This document shows positions 54,117 to 63,839 of a stretch of 64,000 nucleotides of DNA, piece after piece. Source of the DNA: Lachnospiraceae bacterium (GTDB lineage: Bacteria; Bacillota; Clostridia; Lachnospirales; Lachnospiraceae). Position numbers and translations under genes: made by a program. Within the stretch, counting starts at the first letter, position 1. The number at the start of each line of letters is the position of its first letter. The notes below the pieces were generated by a model. It searched no databases and was not told the origin of the DNA. It saw only the letters and a list, made by a program, of their open reading frames with translations. The DNA lies in the NCBI GenBank assembly GCA_051888775.1, contig JBJFCE010000050.1:24879-88878 (forward strand). The letters are read 5' to 3'.

Positions 54117-55634
54117 TTATTCCTCAGACAGCTTAATTACTATGACATCTTCTATCATCCGAACAGAATCTCCTGCCGGCCAACAGGGCATATCCGAATA
54201 TACCTCAGAAGATATAATCTTATCCCGCTCCTCACAATTTGCTCCATCCAGATTCATCCCAAGATCTACATTCAGGATTGTAATAATAAAGGCCTGATTT
54301 CGCATCAGATTGATATCATCCGTTCCGATAAGATACGGAATCCGGCTTTGAAGCCACTCCCGGTCATTGGTCTGAATCGTTCCTGTGACCAATATTCTGT
54401 TATCTGATATATCATAATCAAGTGATGTAATGCGTTCCTGCATCTGGACCGCCGTTGCATAAGTCTGCTCCCAGCATAGATTAAGATTATAATATGCAAT
54501 ATTATCAATCAAACCAAAATTCAAAATCACTGCGGCAATCAGCACCAGCACTGTTTCGGAAAACCAGCCACAGAGCCATGCATCCGCAAGCTTTACAAGC
54601 AGCAGATACAAAAGTACCAGGCAGTATAACATTAAAAAGCGATAAATAACATCCCGGGAAATAAAATCAAAGATATATGCCGCAGGAATAAATAACAGAC
54701 TTGCAACAACCAAAAGCACCGTTTGAAGTTTTCTTTTGTATAATTTTGTTTTTACAATAATGATGCCATATGCCGCAAGCAATGCGATGATAAAAACCAT
54801 ATTGAAAAGTTCGTATGCCGTAAAATCGGAGTTTCCTCCAATGAACATCTCGATAAACGCGATTGTATCGCGAAACAGTGTACTGAATATCTGTGTTATA
54901 CTGGGAACTGCAGTGTCATTAATCCCCATATAATCTGCAAAGGAAACACTATAATACTTCATCATGATAAGCAAGCCGACATAGTACAACAGCATTCCCA
55001 GCACACCACTTCCCAAAGCTCTTCCTGCCTTTTTCAACAATTCCCGATTGCTGTACTTTTGCTCAAAAACATCCAGAATGAGACGAATTAAGATCAGATA
55101 AATTGTAAAAGACAGATATGCCTGATAAATCCCAACCGCAAGGGAAAGGCTGATTGCGCAACCTAAGATCCCATAAACGCCTCTCTTTTTATGCCAGAAC
55201 CATGCTGCCATTGAACAAAGCAGCATAGCAAACAAATAGCCGTCAACCGTAAACATATATCCCATAGTATCTGCAAGAGCCGGATACGTTGCAAGCAACC
55301 CGCAACATAACAGAATCGGAACCGGTCTTGTAAGTTCCAAAACGGCAATAATAAATACTGAAGCCCATGCCAGATAAAGGATTGCTAACAGCCCATTCAC
55401 CCATGGCAGGCTAAAATAAGAGCTGATACCCGTTACCACGTTCAGAAACCACCTTCCAAGAGACAGAGGCCATAACAGCTGATCCCCATAAATATTATAG
55501 ACATAGTCATGATTAGGCAGTTTATTGGTCAGCATATACATGTGTGTGAGAAGTCCGATACAAAATGTTGCAATAAATGCAAGTTTATATTGTTTATTCA
55601 GTTGATTCCATTTTTTTACAAGCTCATTCCCCAT
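54117..55634 (-). CDS. GtrII-like polytopic membrane protein, paralog 4
   Basis: 505 aa. TNKLPNHD...GRWFLNVVTGISSYFSLPWVNGLLAILYL and C-terminal MPCWPAGDSVRMIEDVIVIKLSE. Confidence 0.55.
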   Translation of the reverse strand: MGNELVKKWNQLNKQYKLAFIATFCIGLLTHMYMLTNKLPNHDYVYNIYGDQLLWPLSLGRWFLNVVTGISSYFSLPWVNGLLAILYLAWASVFIIAVLELTRPVPILLCCGLLATYPALADTMGYMFTVDGYLFAMLLCSMAAWFWHKKRGVYGILGCAISLSLAVGIYQAYLSFTIYLILIRLILDVFEQKYSNRELLKKAGRALGSGVLGMLLYYVGLLIMMKYYSVSFADYMGINDTAVPSITQIFSTLFRDTIAFIEMFIGGNSDFTAYELFNMVFIIALLAAYGIIIVKTKLYKRKLQTVLLVVASLLFIPAAYIFDFISRDVIYRFLMLYCLVLLYLLLVKLADAWLCGWFSETVLVLIAAVILNFGLIDNIAYYNLNLCWEQTYATAVQMQERITSLDYDISDNRILVTGTIQTNDREWLQSRIPYLIGTDDINLMRNQAFIITILNVDLGMNLDGANCEERDKIISSEVYSDMPCWPAGDSVRMIEDVIVIKLSEE

Positions 55635-55652
55635 AACAGGATCCTCTCTGCT

Positions 55653-57404
55653 TTAGCGTTCCCGCTGTATCTTCCCATTCTCCACACGGAATACCATATC
55701 ACACTTTTCGATCGTCTGCAGTCTGTGTGCAATGATGATCAAAGTCTTCTTTCCGTGCAGTCTGTTAATGGATTCCATAATCGCAGCCTCGGTATCGTTA
55801 TCCAGTGCCGAGGTTGCTTCGTCCAATATCAGGACCTCAGGATCCTCATAAAGCGCTCTCGCAATACCGATTCTCTGTCTCTGCCCTCCGGAAATCCGGA
55901 TACCGCGCTCTCCGATGCTTGTTTTATCCTTATCCGACAGACTGTCCACAAACTGATCCAGCTGTGCTTCTTCCAGTGCATGACGAAGTTTCTCTTCATC
56001 GATCTGCTCCTCCGGCACGCCGTATGCCACATTTCTGCGGATATCCGCATTGAGCAGTGCGATCATCTGCGGAATGTAACCGATATTTTTCAGCCATTCC
56101 CTGTAATGTTCTTTGATATTCACACCATCTGCCGTAATCTCGCCCTCCTCCAGTTGTAAGAGTCCGAGAATGATATCAACGATCGTAGTCTTGCCCGCAC
56201 CGGAACCTCCCACGATACCGATCGCAGAACCGACCGGAATCGTCAGATCGGCATGGTCAAAAATGTATTTATCCGAATTCGGGTATTTATACGTAATATT
56301 TTTCAGACAGATTTCCTTTGTTACGGGAAGTTTTTCTTTTGCCTCCACCGCATAGGACAGATCAATCTTATCGGCACTGATATCATCCAGCAGATTGTCA
56401 CTGACATTTAAAAAGAACGGCTCACAGAAGGAGATCTGTGTCAACTGATTGTTGATACGGCTTGCGGAAGGCATCAGTCTGACCGCTGCCATGGCAAATG
56501 CCGAAATCACCGGCAGCATATTGCCGACATCCGCACCGCTTAATACCAGTACCAGCATATATGCGATCATACCGGTAATACAAACCGCCTCGATCAACAG
56601 CTTCGGTGTATTGGCAAACATGCTGTAGGTCTGCATCGCGTTGATATAGCCCTTGCCCTGTTTTAAGTACTCACCGATAAAGTACTGCTCCTTGGCATTG
56701 ACCTTAACCTCTTTGATTCCCGTTACCGTCTGCGTGATCCATTCATACATTGCCGCACCGTAATCCTGATTGGCTTTTCCCGTACGGTTCATGATCGGTT
56801 TGATGATCTGCTTGATCACCACAAGTGTCACGATCAGCAGGACGCATAATGTGAGCGTCATCTTCGGGTCCATGATAAACAGAGTCACTCCGAGCGCAAT
56901 AAATACAATGATCTCAGACGCAAGCTGTAGCATTGCCAAAATCAAGGCATACATATTATTGATATCCGCCGTAATACTGCGCTGGATAACGGAAGTCTCT
57001 GCATTCAGGAAATATTCGTAATCCTTATTTACATAGCTTCGCAGCAACCGTTCTGCCGTCTGGAACTGATTGGTATATACAAAACGATACATCATCCTGT
57101 ACTGCCAGAACAAAAACAAGTCCTTTGCAATAAAAACAAGGATCAGTGCCACCATGGCAACAATCGTGAACTGCAGGGTTGTTTTGATATGGAACATGTC
57201 ACAGATTGACTGCACAAACGCATACTTATTCAGGATATCCGGCTGAATGACCGCCGTAACCACGGGAATGACAAGCGAAATACTCATCGTCTCCAGCAAC
57301 GCACCTATAAACATCATAAGTACAAGCAATGCCATCTGCCGTTTCTGTTTTTTATCCATCAGCAACCGTAACTTTTTTAAATCTCTTAACATCCTGTCCT
57401 CCAC
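55653..57404 (-). CDS. fused TMD-NBD ABC exporter (MsbA/PglK-like), copy 2
   Basis: 583 aa. Walker A GGSGAGKTT, signature ISGGQRQRIGIARA, Walker B VLILDEATSALD. The N-terminus is alignable with ORF 14444-16210. Confidence 0.85.
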   Translation of the reverse strand: MEDRMLRDLKKLRLLMDKKQKRQMALLVLMMFIGALLETMSISLVIPVVTAVIQPDILNKYAFVQSICDMFHIKTTLQFTIVAMVALILVFIAKDLFLFWQYRMMYRFVYTNQFQTAERLLRSYVNKDYEYFLNAETSVIQRSITADINNMYALILAMLQLASEIIVFIALGVTLFIMDPKMTLTLCVLLIVTLVVIKQIIKPIMNRTGKANQDYGAAMYEWITQTVTGIKEVKVNAKEQYFIGEYLKQGKGYINAMQTYSMFANTPKLLIEAVCITGMIAYMLVLVLSGADVGNMLPVISAFAMAAVRLMPSASRINNQLTQISFCEPFFLNVSDNLLDDISADKIDLSYAVEAKEKLPVTKEICLKNITYKYPNSDKYIFDHADLTIPVGSAIGIVGGSGAGKTTIVDIILGLLQLEEGEITADGVNIKEHYREWLKNIGYIPQMIALLNADIRRNVAYGVPEEQIDEEKLRHALEEAQLDQFVDSLSDKDKTSIGERGIRISGGQRQRIGIARALYEDPEVLILDEATSALDNDTEAAIMESINRLHGKKTLIIIAHRLQTIEKCDMVFRVENGKIQRER

Positions 57405-58522
57405 GCTTCCTTCATAAACGCATGTACCTCTTCGGGTTCATAAGCATCCCAGATCTGCGGTCCGATATTGATCTTCTCGTCCGAAAACTCAATGGCATCA
57501 AGTGCCGACGTGATAATCGAGATCATTTTCTTAAAATGAATTCCCTCAATAAAATTCAGTACCTCTATCGGAAACTTTCCTTGAATGACCGTGCACTGCG
57601 GATACAGCGCTGCATAATCAAGATCATCCCGCGGATGCGGCTTGATCACAACATGTGCATCCCCACAGTAATCACGCAGAATTTCGTCACAAACCGCTTT
57701 ACGTACCTTTGCATCATTCGGAAAAGCTTCGGTTAAGAATAACACGCAGTCCTCGCAGCCTGCAAGCTGTTTTGTAATTTCTTCGGCATCCGGTAAAAAG
57801 ACTTGCAGCATCAGCCTCTTCTGCTGTGCCGTCAGTGCCCGTTCCATCGGTTTTCTGGGAACTTCCTTGTACTTTGCAAAAGTATAAGGAAGTACGGACT
57901 TATCATTAATCTCCATATCAAGACAGTACTTTCCGTAACCGTTTTGAATAAAAATGATGTTCCTTGCCGCCAGCGCCGCCTTCAGTTTAAAATGACCACG
58001 ATTGTCCACATGCGCGGCATCAAAATTTTTCAGACAGTCAAGCCCGTCCTCTACCGCATGATAATAAATGTGGTGATAGCTTAAATAATATCCGATCGGA
58101 TCAGAATCACAGAATACATAAATATCCTGATATTTTCTAAAATCAATCGTAATATACTGATCCTGAATCTTACCGTATTTTTTCGTATAAACGATACGGT
58201 TGAACATGTGCTTTACGATATTATGATGATTTTTCTTATACTTCATAAGCTCGGGAAAATTCTCGTCCCGTTTTTCATGAAGTGCATAGATCTCCCGAAA
58301 GATGCCTGCTTTCTCAAGTCTGTCCGGAAGATCCTCAAAATCCATGAACATACTGCTCAATGCAATATCCGCCATGCCCTTTTGCTTTTCTGTTTCAGGC
58401 AGATTCATTTCCTTCAGAATCGAAACATATACATGATATAAGGTATGGCACACATAAATCCGTGGATATGGCTTTTTCTCTTTCTTTCCGCTCATTACTC
58501 TTTCTCTGCTCCTGTCTGTCAT
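57386..58522 (-). CDS. GT52-like (sialyl/nonulosonate-transferase-type) glycosyltransferase candidate
   Basis: RIYVCHTLYHVYVSILKE near the N-terminus, VVIKPHPRDD, and FPIEVLNFI parallel the IFCYTILQ..., APHPRQ and PYVIEDYI blocks that I recall from Neisseria Lst (GT52). The start is uncertain (58522 or 58495). Confidence 0.5.
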   Translation of the reverse strand: MTDRSRERVMSGKKEKKPYPRIYVCHTLYHVYVSILKEMNLPETEKQKGMADIALSSMFMDFEDLPDRLEKAGIFREIYALHEKRDENFPELMKYKKNHHNIVKHMFNRIVYTKKYGKIQDQYITIDFRKYQDIYVFCDSDPIGYYLSYHHIYYHAVEDGLDCLKNFDAAHVDNRGHFKLKAALAARNIIFIQNGYGKYCLDMEINDKSVLPYTFAKYKEVPRKPMERALTAQQKRLMLQVFLPDAEEITKQLAGCEDCVLFLTEAFPNDAKVRKAVCDEILRDYCGDAHVVIKPHPRDDLDYAALYPQCTVIQGKFPIEVLNFIEGIHFKKMISIITSALDAIEFSDEKINIGPQIWDAYEPEEVHAFMKEAWRTGC

Positions 58523-58580
58523 GCCGACAGCGCTTCCTGTTGTCTGTATCTTACCACTGCCGCATTTCGCATTCTGCTCA

Positions 58581-59798
58581 TCAGTGCCAAAATCCCGGCG
58601 ACTGAATCGGTGCCCTGCTCATCGGTCCCTGCTCCGGCAGTTGCAGATCAGAGCTTATGAATGCTCTGCCTTTTTGACCGCTATCTGACAATAACTGTCG
58701 ACAGACACCCAGCAAACGTTCTGCCGCTGTCTGTGGATTCCATTCATTCCGAATCGTTTCGTATGCGCTCTGTCCCATTTGAAGCCGCAGGCTGCGGTCT
58801 TTCAGTAAAGCACATACCCGTTTTTTCATCATTTCCAGATCCCCGTTTGGATACACATATCCGTTGACACCGTCCTGAATCAGATACGGCACGGCTCCGA
58901 TCGCCTGATTGGCAACAACCGCACAGCCGCTGTTCATGGCTTCGTTTAATACCGCGCCCCAACCCTCTTTATAGTCACTCGTAAAAAGATGAATATCCGC
59001 TTCTTCCATGGACGCACGCACCTGATCCGGTTTCTGAAATCCGCAAAATTCCACGCTGTCTGCAATACCCATGCGCTCGACCTGCTGTTTTAAATCTGCC
59101 TCCAACGGTCCGCCGCCGATCATGCGAAGCCGGCAGGCATAGTCCGCTTCTTTCAGCTCCTTCATTAGCCACAACGCAGCTTCGGGATGCTTTAATGTTA
59201 TAAAACGCCCCGCCCATAAAATGACCGGAACAGCATTCCGTTTTCTTTTTTCGTGGCAATCATCATCCGGATATGTTTTTAATACCGGAAAATATCCCCA
59301 CCGGAACATTTTGTCCGGATAGGCATGGATCAAGCGAAAATCCGACGCTACATATCCGCCTGCGCACAACAGATATACCGGAGCCTTCCGAAACCGGATA
59401 TGATCATGATACTTTTGCTTCAGTCCGCGCGGAGAGACAAACTTCCACTGTCCCTCCCTATAGATACGTTCACTGTATCGAAATGTCAGCTTTTTTAAGA
59501 GGAGTCTTGGCTGAATCATCTCCTGATCCTCACACCCGCCGAAGATCACAACGTCGCTTTCCAGCAAAAGTCTGTTCACCAGCTCCGGCTGTTCATAAGC
59601 ACAGACCAGATACGGCAACGCATGCAAATCGGTCTGCCAGCCCATTTCTTTCCGTTCCTCGTCCATCGGTTCCGTCTGGACAAAATGATAGCCGTCCCCA
59701 AGCGCTGCATACAGGCAGTCCGAAAAAGGAATCTGATGATGATTGATATAATTACTGATAAACGTCAATGTCATGGTATATCTCCAATAATCTGCCAA
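58581..59798 (-). CDS. glycosyltransferase family 4
   Basis: LFTSDYKEGWGAVLNEAMNSGCAVVANQAIGAVPYLIQDGVNG. The 5' end overlaps the upstream ORF, so the start is uncertain. Confidence 0.75.
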   Translation of the reverse strand: MADYWRYTMTLTFISNYINHHQIPFSDCLYAALGDGYHFVQTEPMDEERKEMGWQTDLHALPYLVCAYEQPELVNRLLLESDVVIFGGCEDQEMIQPRLLLKKLTFRYSERIYREGQWKFVSPRGLKQKYHDHIRFRKAPVYLLCAGGYVASDFRLIHAYPDKMFRWGYFPVLKTYPDDDCHEKRKRNAVPVILWAGRFITLKHPEAALWLMKELKEADYACRLRMIGGGPLEADLKQQVERMGIADSVEFCGFQKPDQVRASMEEADIHLFTSDYKEGWGAVLNEAMNSGCAVVANQAIGAVPYLIQDGVNGYVYPNGDLEMMKKRVCALLKDRSLRLQMGQSAYETIRNEWNPQTAAERLLGVCRQLLSDSGQKGRAFISSDLQLPEQGPMSRAPIQSPGFWH

Positions 59799-61023
59799 AA
59801 TTTACATCCGCATCATGTGTTCTTCGTGCATGTATTCTTGCTGCGGCAGACAGTTGTTGTGTAAGCGCATCATCCTCAAAGATCCGGCTGATTGCACGAA
59901 CCAGTGCATCTGTATTCTCCGTCTCATAGAGAAGTCCTTCTTCTCCCTCTGTAAGCATATCCGGAACTCCGCCGACACGGGAGCTTACAACCGGCACTCC
60001 GAGAAGCATCGCTTCTCCGACAGAATTGGGCGAATTCTCGATCGTAGACACGGACGCAAATACATGGGATTTCAGAAAACGTTCACACATCGAATCCGCA
60101 TCCAACGGTCCGAGGAATGTTACTTGCTCACGGATATTTCCTGCATTTATTAAATCACGAATATATTTTCCATAGGATGAGATCTTCATTCTGCCAATCA
60201 GCGTATTTTCTCTTACAATGTTATCACCCGCCACATACAGATGCACATCCGGATAGCGTTCTTTTAATAGCGGCAACGCACGGAGCATAAAATGCAGCCC
60301 CTTGATCGGATAGTTGCCCTGACTGACAAAAATCGAATATTTTTCACAGTCTGCAAGGCTCCATTCCGATCCATAGAAATTGCTCCGCATGGTCTCATTC
60401 ATAAAATGATAAACCGCTCCCGGATTTACCTGACTGACTGCTTTTTGATCAAATTCCGTTCGCCCGGTCACATGACCTGTCAGTTTCAATGCTCTGATCT
60501 CTCGTTCGCCACGCTTTGCCATCTTCTGCTTCTGCATAAGCAGATTATCTTTTTTTATAAAATCACGAAATGTTGTCCGTTTTGCCACATTTTCCGGAAT
60601 CCCGTCCAGATAATGCTGCGCACAGGCATGGCAGATCCCCTGCAGTCCGATCAGGGTCCTGTCGGGGCGTCCAAATGCCTTTACCGCTGCATAGGTGTGC
60701 CCGTATTCCGTACCGAAACAGTGCACAATATCCGGTTTAAACTGCTCCATAATGGATGCCATGCTTGTTTCCAATGACGGATCGTAGCATTCTTCATGAA
60801 CCGTATCCTCACAAAAGCTGTAATAGTACAGCTCTTTGCCTGTCAATTTTCCGGATACCGGTGTATCCGACGGAAAGCATACTCCGAGCGTAATCCCGTT
60901 CTCTTCTTCCGACAAAATACGCTGCGATAGACCGGTCAGCCAGCCTTCCTTGTTGCTATATGAAATTCCCAGCTGCTTTGCAATGACCGGCAGCATGATA
61001 TTACATACCCACAGTACACGCAT
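59752..61023 (-). CDS. glycosyltransferase family 4
   Basis: MRVLWVCNIMLPVIAKQLG...ASVSTIENSPNSVGEAMLLGVPVVSSRVGGVPDML. Confidence 0.75.
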   Translation of the reverse strand: MRVLWVCNIMLPVIAKQLGISYSNKEGWLTGLSQRILSEEENGITLGVCFPSDTPVSGKLTGKELYYYSFCEDTVHEECYDPSLETSMASIMEQFKPDIVHCFGTEYGHTYAAVKAFGRPDRTLIGLQGICHACAQHYLDGIPENVAKRTTFRDFIKKDNLLMQKQKMAKRGEREIRALKLTGHVTGRTEFDQKAVSQVNPGAVYHFMNETMRSNFYGSEWSLADCEKYSIFVSQGNYPIKGLHFMLRALPLLKERYPDVHLYVAGDNIVRENTLIGRMKISSYGKYIRDLINAGNIREQVTFLGPLDADSMCERFLKSHVFASVSTIENSPNSVGEAMLLGVPVVSSRVGGVPDMLTEGEEGLLYETENTDALVRAISRIFEDDALTQQLSAAARIHARRTHDADVNFGRLLEIYHDIDVYQ

Positions 61024-61045
61024 ACTGTTCCTCCCGTTTGAGACG

Positions 61046-61870
61046 TTATCCGCGATAAAATCGTTTTTTTAAGCTTTGATACATTGCCGAAAAATGCCTG
61101 CTCTGTGCCATTCTCGTACGAAGCGGCGCCAATGTCAAAATCAAAACTGCCCGATACCGGAAGCGCATTGATGCACTCATGTATTGCTTCGTAATCTGCT
61201 TATGCTCCTTGGCAGAACGTTTCCGATTCTCCTGCGTCTCAGAAAATCCTCCGCCTTCATAGGAACATACCGTTATCGGAACATACACCGTATTGACCTT
61301 CTGTGCAAAAAAGCACCACAAAAAATGCTCATAATCGGCACGTACCCGGTATTGTACAGAAAACGGATATTCCCTTCCTCTGACCGACAATTCCCCCGGC
61401 TTTATCCATTCCTTCGGATAAAAACAGCACTGATGGCACGGCACATTGCGATAGCATCCGAACGCATCCATCTTCGGATTACTCTGTACGAGGTTTCCGG
61501 TTTTCCGTTCAAAGATATTGCCGTAACAAATAGAATGTCCCTCGGATCCGACTATCGCCCGGTGCATTTTTTCAAGTACCTGCGTATCGTAAAAATAATC
61601 GCCGCAGTTTAAGAAAAGTACATAGTCTCCCTCTACATAAGAAGCAGCCTGATTCATCGCATCATAGATTCCCGTATCCGGCGTGCAGAACATCCGGATC
61701 CGATCATCCCCGCTGAGTCTGTCTGTAGATCCGTCCGTCGAGCCCGCATCTTTTACAATGATCTCATAAGAAGGAAACGTCTGTTCCAGAATACTTTCGA
61801 TTGTCTTATGAAGTTCTTTTCCTGCATTATAGCAGACAACAATGATACTGAAAAATGGTGTTTCCGTCAT
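61046..61870 (-). CDS. glycosyltransferase family 2
   Basis: FFSIIVVCYNAGKELHKTIESILEQTFPSYEIIVKDAGSTDGS...LFLNCGDYF. Confidence 0.8.
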   Translation of the reverse strand: MTETPFFSIIVVCYNAGKELHKTIESILEQTFPSYEIIVKDAGSTDGSTDRLSGDDRIRMFCTPDTGIYDAMNQAASYVEGDYVLFLNCGDYFYDTQVLEKMHRAIVGSEGHSICYGNIFERKTGNLVQSNPKMDAFGCYRNVPCHQCCFYPKEWIKPGELSVRGREYPFSVQYRVRADYEHFLWCFFAQKVNTVYVPITVCSYEGGGFSETQENRKRSAKEHKQITKQYMSASMRFRYRAVLILTLAPLRTRMAQSRHFSAMYQSLKKRFYRG

Positions 61871-61916
61871 GACACAGACTCCTTTGGATGTTTATCCCAA
61901 TCGCTATTTACGGCAG

Positions 61917-62990
61917 CTAAAACAGCCACGTCTGATATGGCAGAAGCTTTACCAGCTCCCCATATGCCTTATATAAAAACGCCACGAAATAGATCACGCC
62001 GAATACCGTAACAGCAAGCCCTGCCCATTTTTTCTTCCGTCTGTCTGTAATACTGCCGACCACACCCGGAAGTAAAAAAACCTGCATAACCGTCATATAA
62101 GTACCGATCCGGGACACCTCCGGCAAGAAAGAACCGCAAATATAAAGCAACAATGCACCGATATTTAATCTAAAGTAAAATAACATCTGTTTGTTTTCTT
62201 TCCAATCTTCCTTCCAAAGGCAGATGCAGAATACCAGTACCAACAAACACCGAAGAATATTGATATAGGAGGTTCCACCCTCCAAATACATTGTATCCCG
62301 ATAGGTCGGATACAAATATAAAATCGCCTTTAAATAAACGTCTCCAAAGAAAAATCCGCTGACTGCAAAAACAGCAAGCACGATTCCCTGCCAGAGCTTC
62401 CATCTGCAGTTTGCCAGCAAATAAACAGGAATGACCAATAATACGGATTTATGGAACGTAGCTGCAATAAGTATAATCAGTAAAAACTTCATATATTGCC
62501 TGCGAAACAAAAAAGTCACTGCATACATTGCCGCTGCCAGAGCCAAATAATAACGGACGGTATTTAATGATTGAAAATAATATCCGAACGCCAGAAACAA
62601 AAACAGGCTGAATGCGAAATTCTGTCCGAGTGCATACAGCGCCTTTAACATCAGAAAAACCGTTACAAAAGAGAAAAATGCAAAGATTAAAAGATAGCAT
62701 TCTCTGCCAAAGAGATACTCCAATGCTTTTACGGTCAGATTAAAGCCGCCTTCCGTCGGCACAATATAGCCATACCAGATATTATAAAAATATTCCTCAT
62801 ATTTCCCGTAATCGTTTCCTACCTGATATCGAAACGCAGACACGCAAAAGAGCAACAGAAAAATCCCGCACAGGCATACACGGTTGATCCACTGTTGCTT
62901 CGTCATTCCCCGTACCGGCAAAGCCTCCGGCTTATGCACAAGATACGCAGCTGCAGTTGTCATAATCAGTACCAGGATATATAAGATCAC
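61917..62990 (-). CDS. EpsG-family putative polysaccharide polymerase
   Basis: 357 aa, multi-span. FRYQVGNDYGKYEEYF after the second helix is the EpsG-family hallmark. GTG start, with a GTGA overlap with the upstream gene. Confidence 0.65.
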   Translation of the reverse strand: MILYILVLIMTTAAAYLVHKPEALPVRGMTKQQWINRVCLCGIFLLLFCVSAFRYQVGNDYGKYEEYFYNIWYGYIVPTEGGFNLTVKALEYLFGRECYLLIFAFFSFVTVFLMLKALYALGQNFAFSLFLFLAFGYYFQSLNTVRYYLALAAAMYAVTFLFRRQYMKFLLIILIAATFHKSVLLVIPVYLLANCRWKLWQGIVLAVFAVSGFFFGDVYLKAILYLYPTYRDTMYLEGGTSYINILRCLLVLVFCICLWKEDWKENKQMLFYFRLNIGALLLYICGSFLPEVSRIGTYMTVMQVFLLPGVVGSITDRRKKKWAGLAVTVFGVIYFVAFLYKAYGELVKLLPYQTWLF

Positions 62991-63766
62991 TTTGCAGCCT
63001 CCCGCATACCGTCCTTCATCAGCGCATATGCTTTACGCACCGGAATCTCCCGGCACATCTGCGCCTTATGCTTGACCAAAAAACGCATTGCAAGCGGTTT
63101 TGCCATACATCCGTATAGATGATAGTACAGCACACCCCTGTCAAAAAAGAACTTTTCATGATATCCGGAAAACCATGTAGATGGTCTTGGCACCTCCGTT
63201 CCGATCGTTATCGGAACGCGAAATACCTTCAGCCGTTTAGTGATGCATTCTTTGATAAACAGGCTGTCCTCACCGTTGCTATACTTTGCGCCGCCGCCAA
63301 ACAATAACGAAAATGTAATATTCTTCTGATGCATTTTCTCTGTGCGGATCGCAAAGCTGTAAGTCGGATATCTGCCGCAATTATATTGCTTTACCCTGCC
63401 AAATTCCTCAATATGATAAGTTCTGCGCTCCTGTGAAACCTCCATATTAAACAGCAGCATATCTGCCTCCGGATGTTCCTCAAAGGCACGGAGCACTTTT
63501 TCGGCATATCCGTCCATATAGACAATATCCTCATCGGCAAACAGACTGATATCATGGTCTGCCCGAAGCAGCGCATTATTTCTGCTCAGCCCTACACCTT
63601 TTTCCGCAAAAGAATATGCCCGGATAGCATGTCCGCGATAGTTCCATTCATCATAATTATTTTCATCACATTGATTGATAATGATCGCATCGGAGTCAAT
63701 ATTCATTTTTTCTGCCAGCTGCCTCGGATCCTGCTTGACAGCCGAAACCAATAATTGTAATGTCAC
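62987..63766 (-). CDS. GT-A fold glycosyltransferase (GT2-like, short form)
   Basis: 259 aa. IIINQCDENNY...GVGLSRNNALLRADHDISLFADEDIVY (DxD-like). GTG start. Confidence 0.6.
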   Translation of the reverse strand: MTLQLLVSAVKQDPRQLAEKMNIDSDAIIINQCDENNYDEWNYRGHAIRAYSFAEKGVGLSRNNALLRADHDISLFADEDIVYMDGYAEKVLRAFEEHPEADMLLFNMEVSQERRTYHIEEFGRVKQYNCGRYPTYSFAIRTEKMHQKNITFSLLFGGGAKYSNGEDSLFIKECITKRLKVFRVPITIGTEVPRPSTWFSGYHEKFFFDRGVLYYHLYGCMAKPLAMRFLVKHKAQMCREIPVRKAYALMKDGMREAAK

Positions 63767-63839
63767 CTGCTACCTCTTTATCTGCGCTGTTTTCAACATC
63801 ATTCTCCACAAATTGCTCTGTCATCCACAATCACTTTGT

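Noticed and set aside
58523-58580. Possible extended -10 (TGgTAAGAT on the minus strand) upstream of the GT52-like gene
   Set aside because: The -35 region (CAGAAT) is poor, the gap is only 58 nt, and the gene start itself is uncertain. Support is insufficient.
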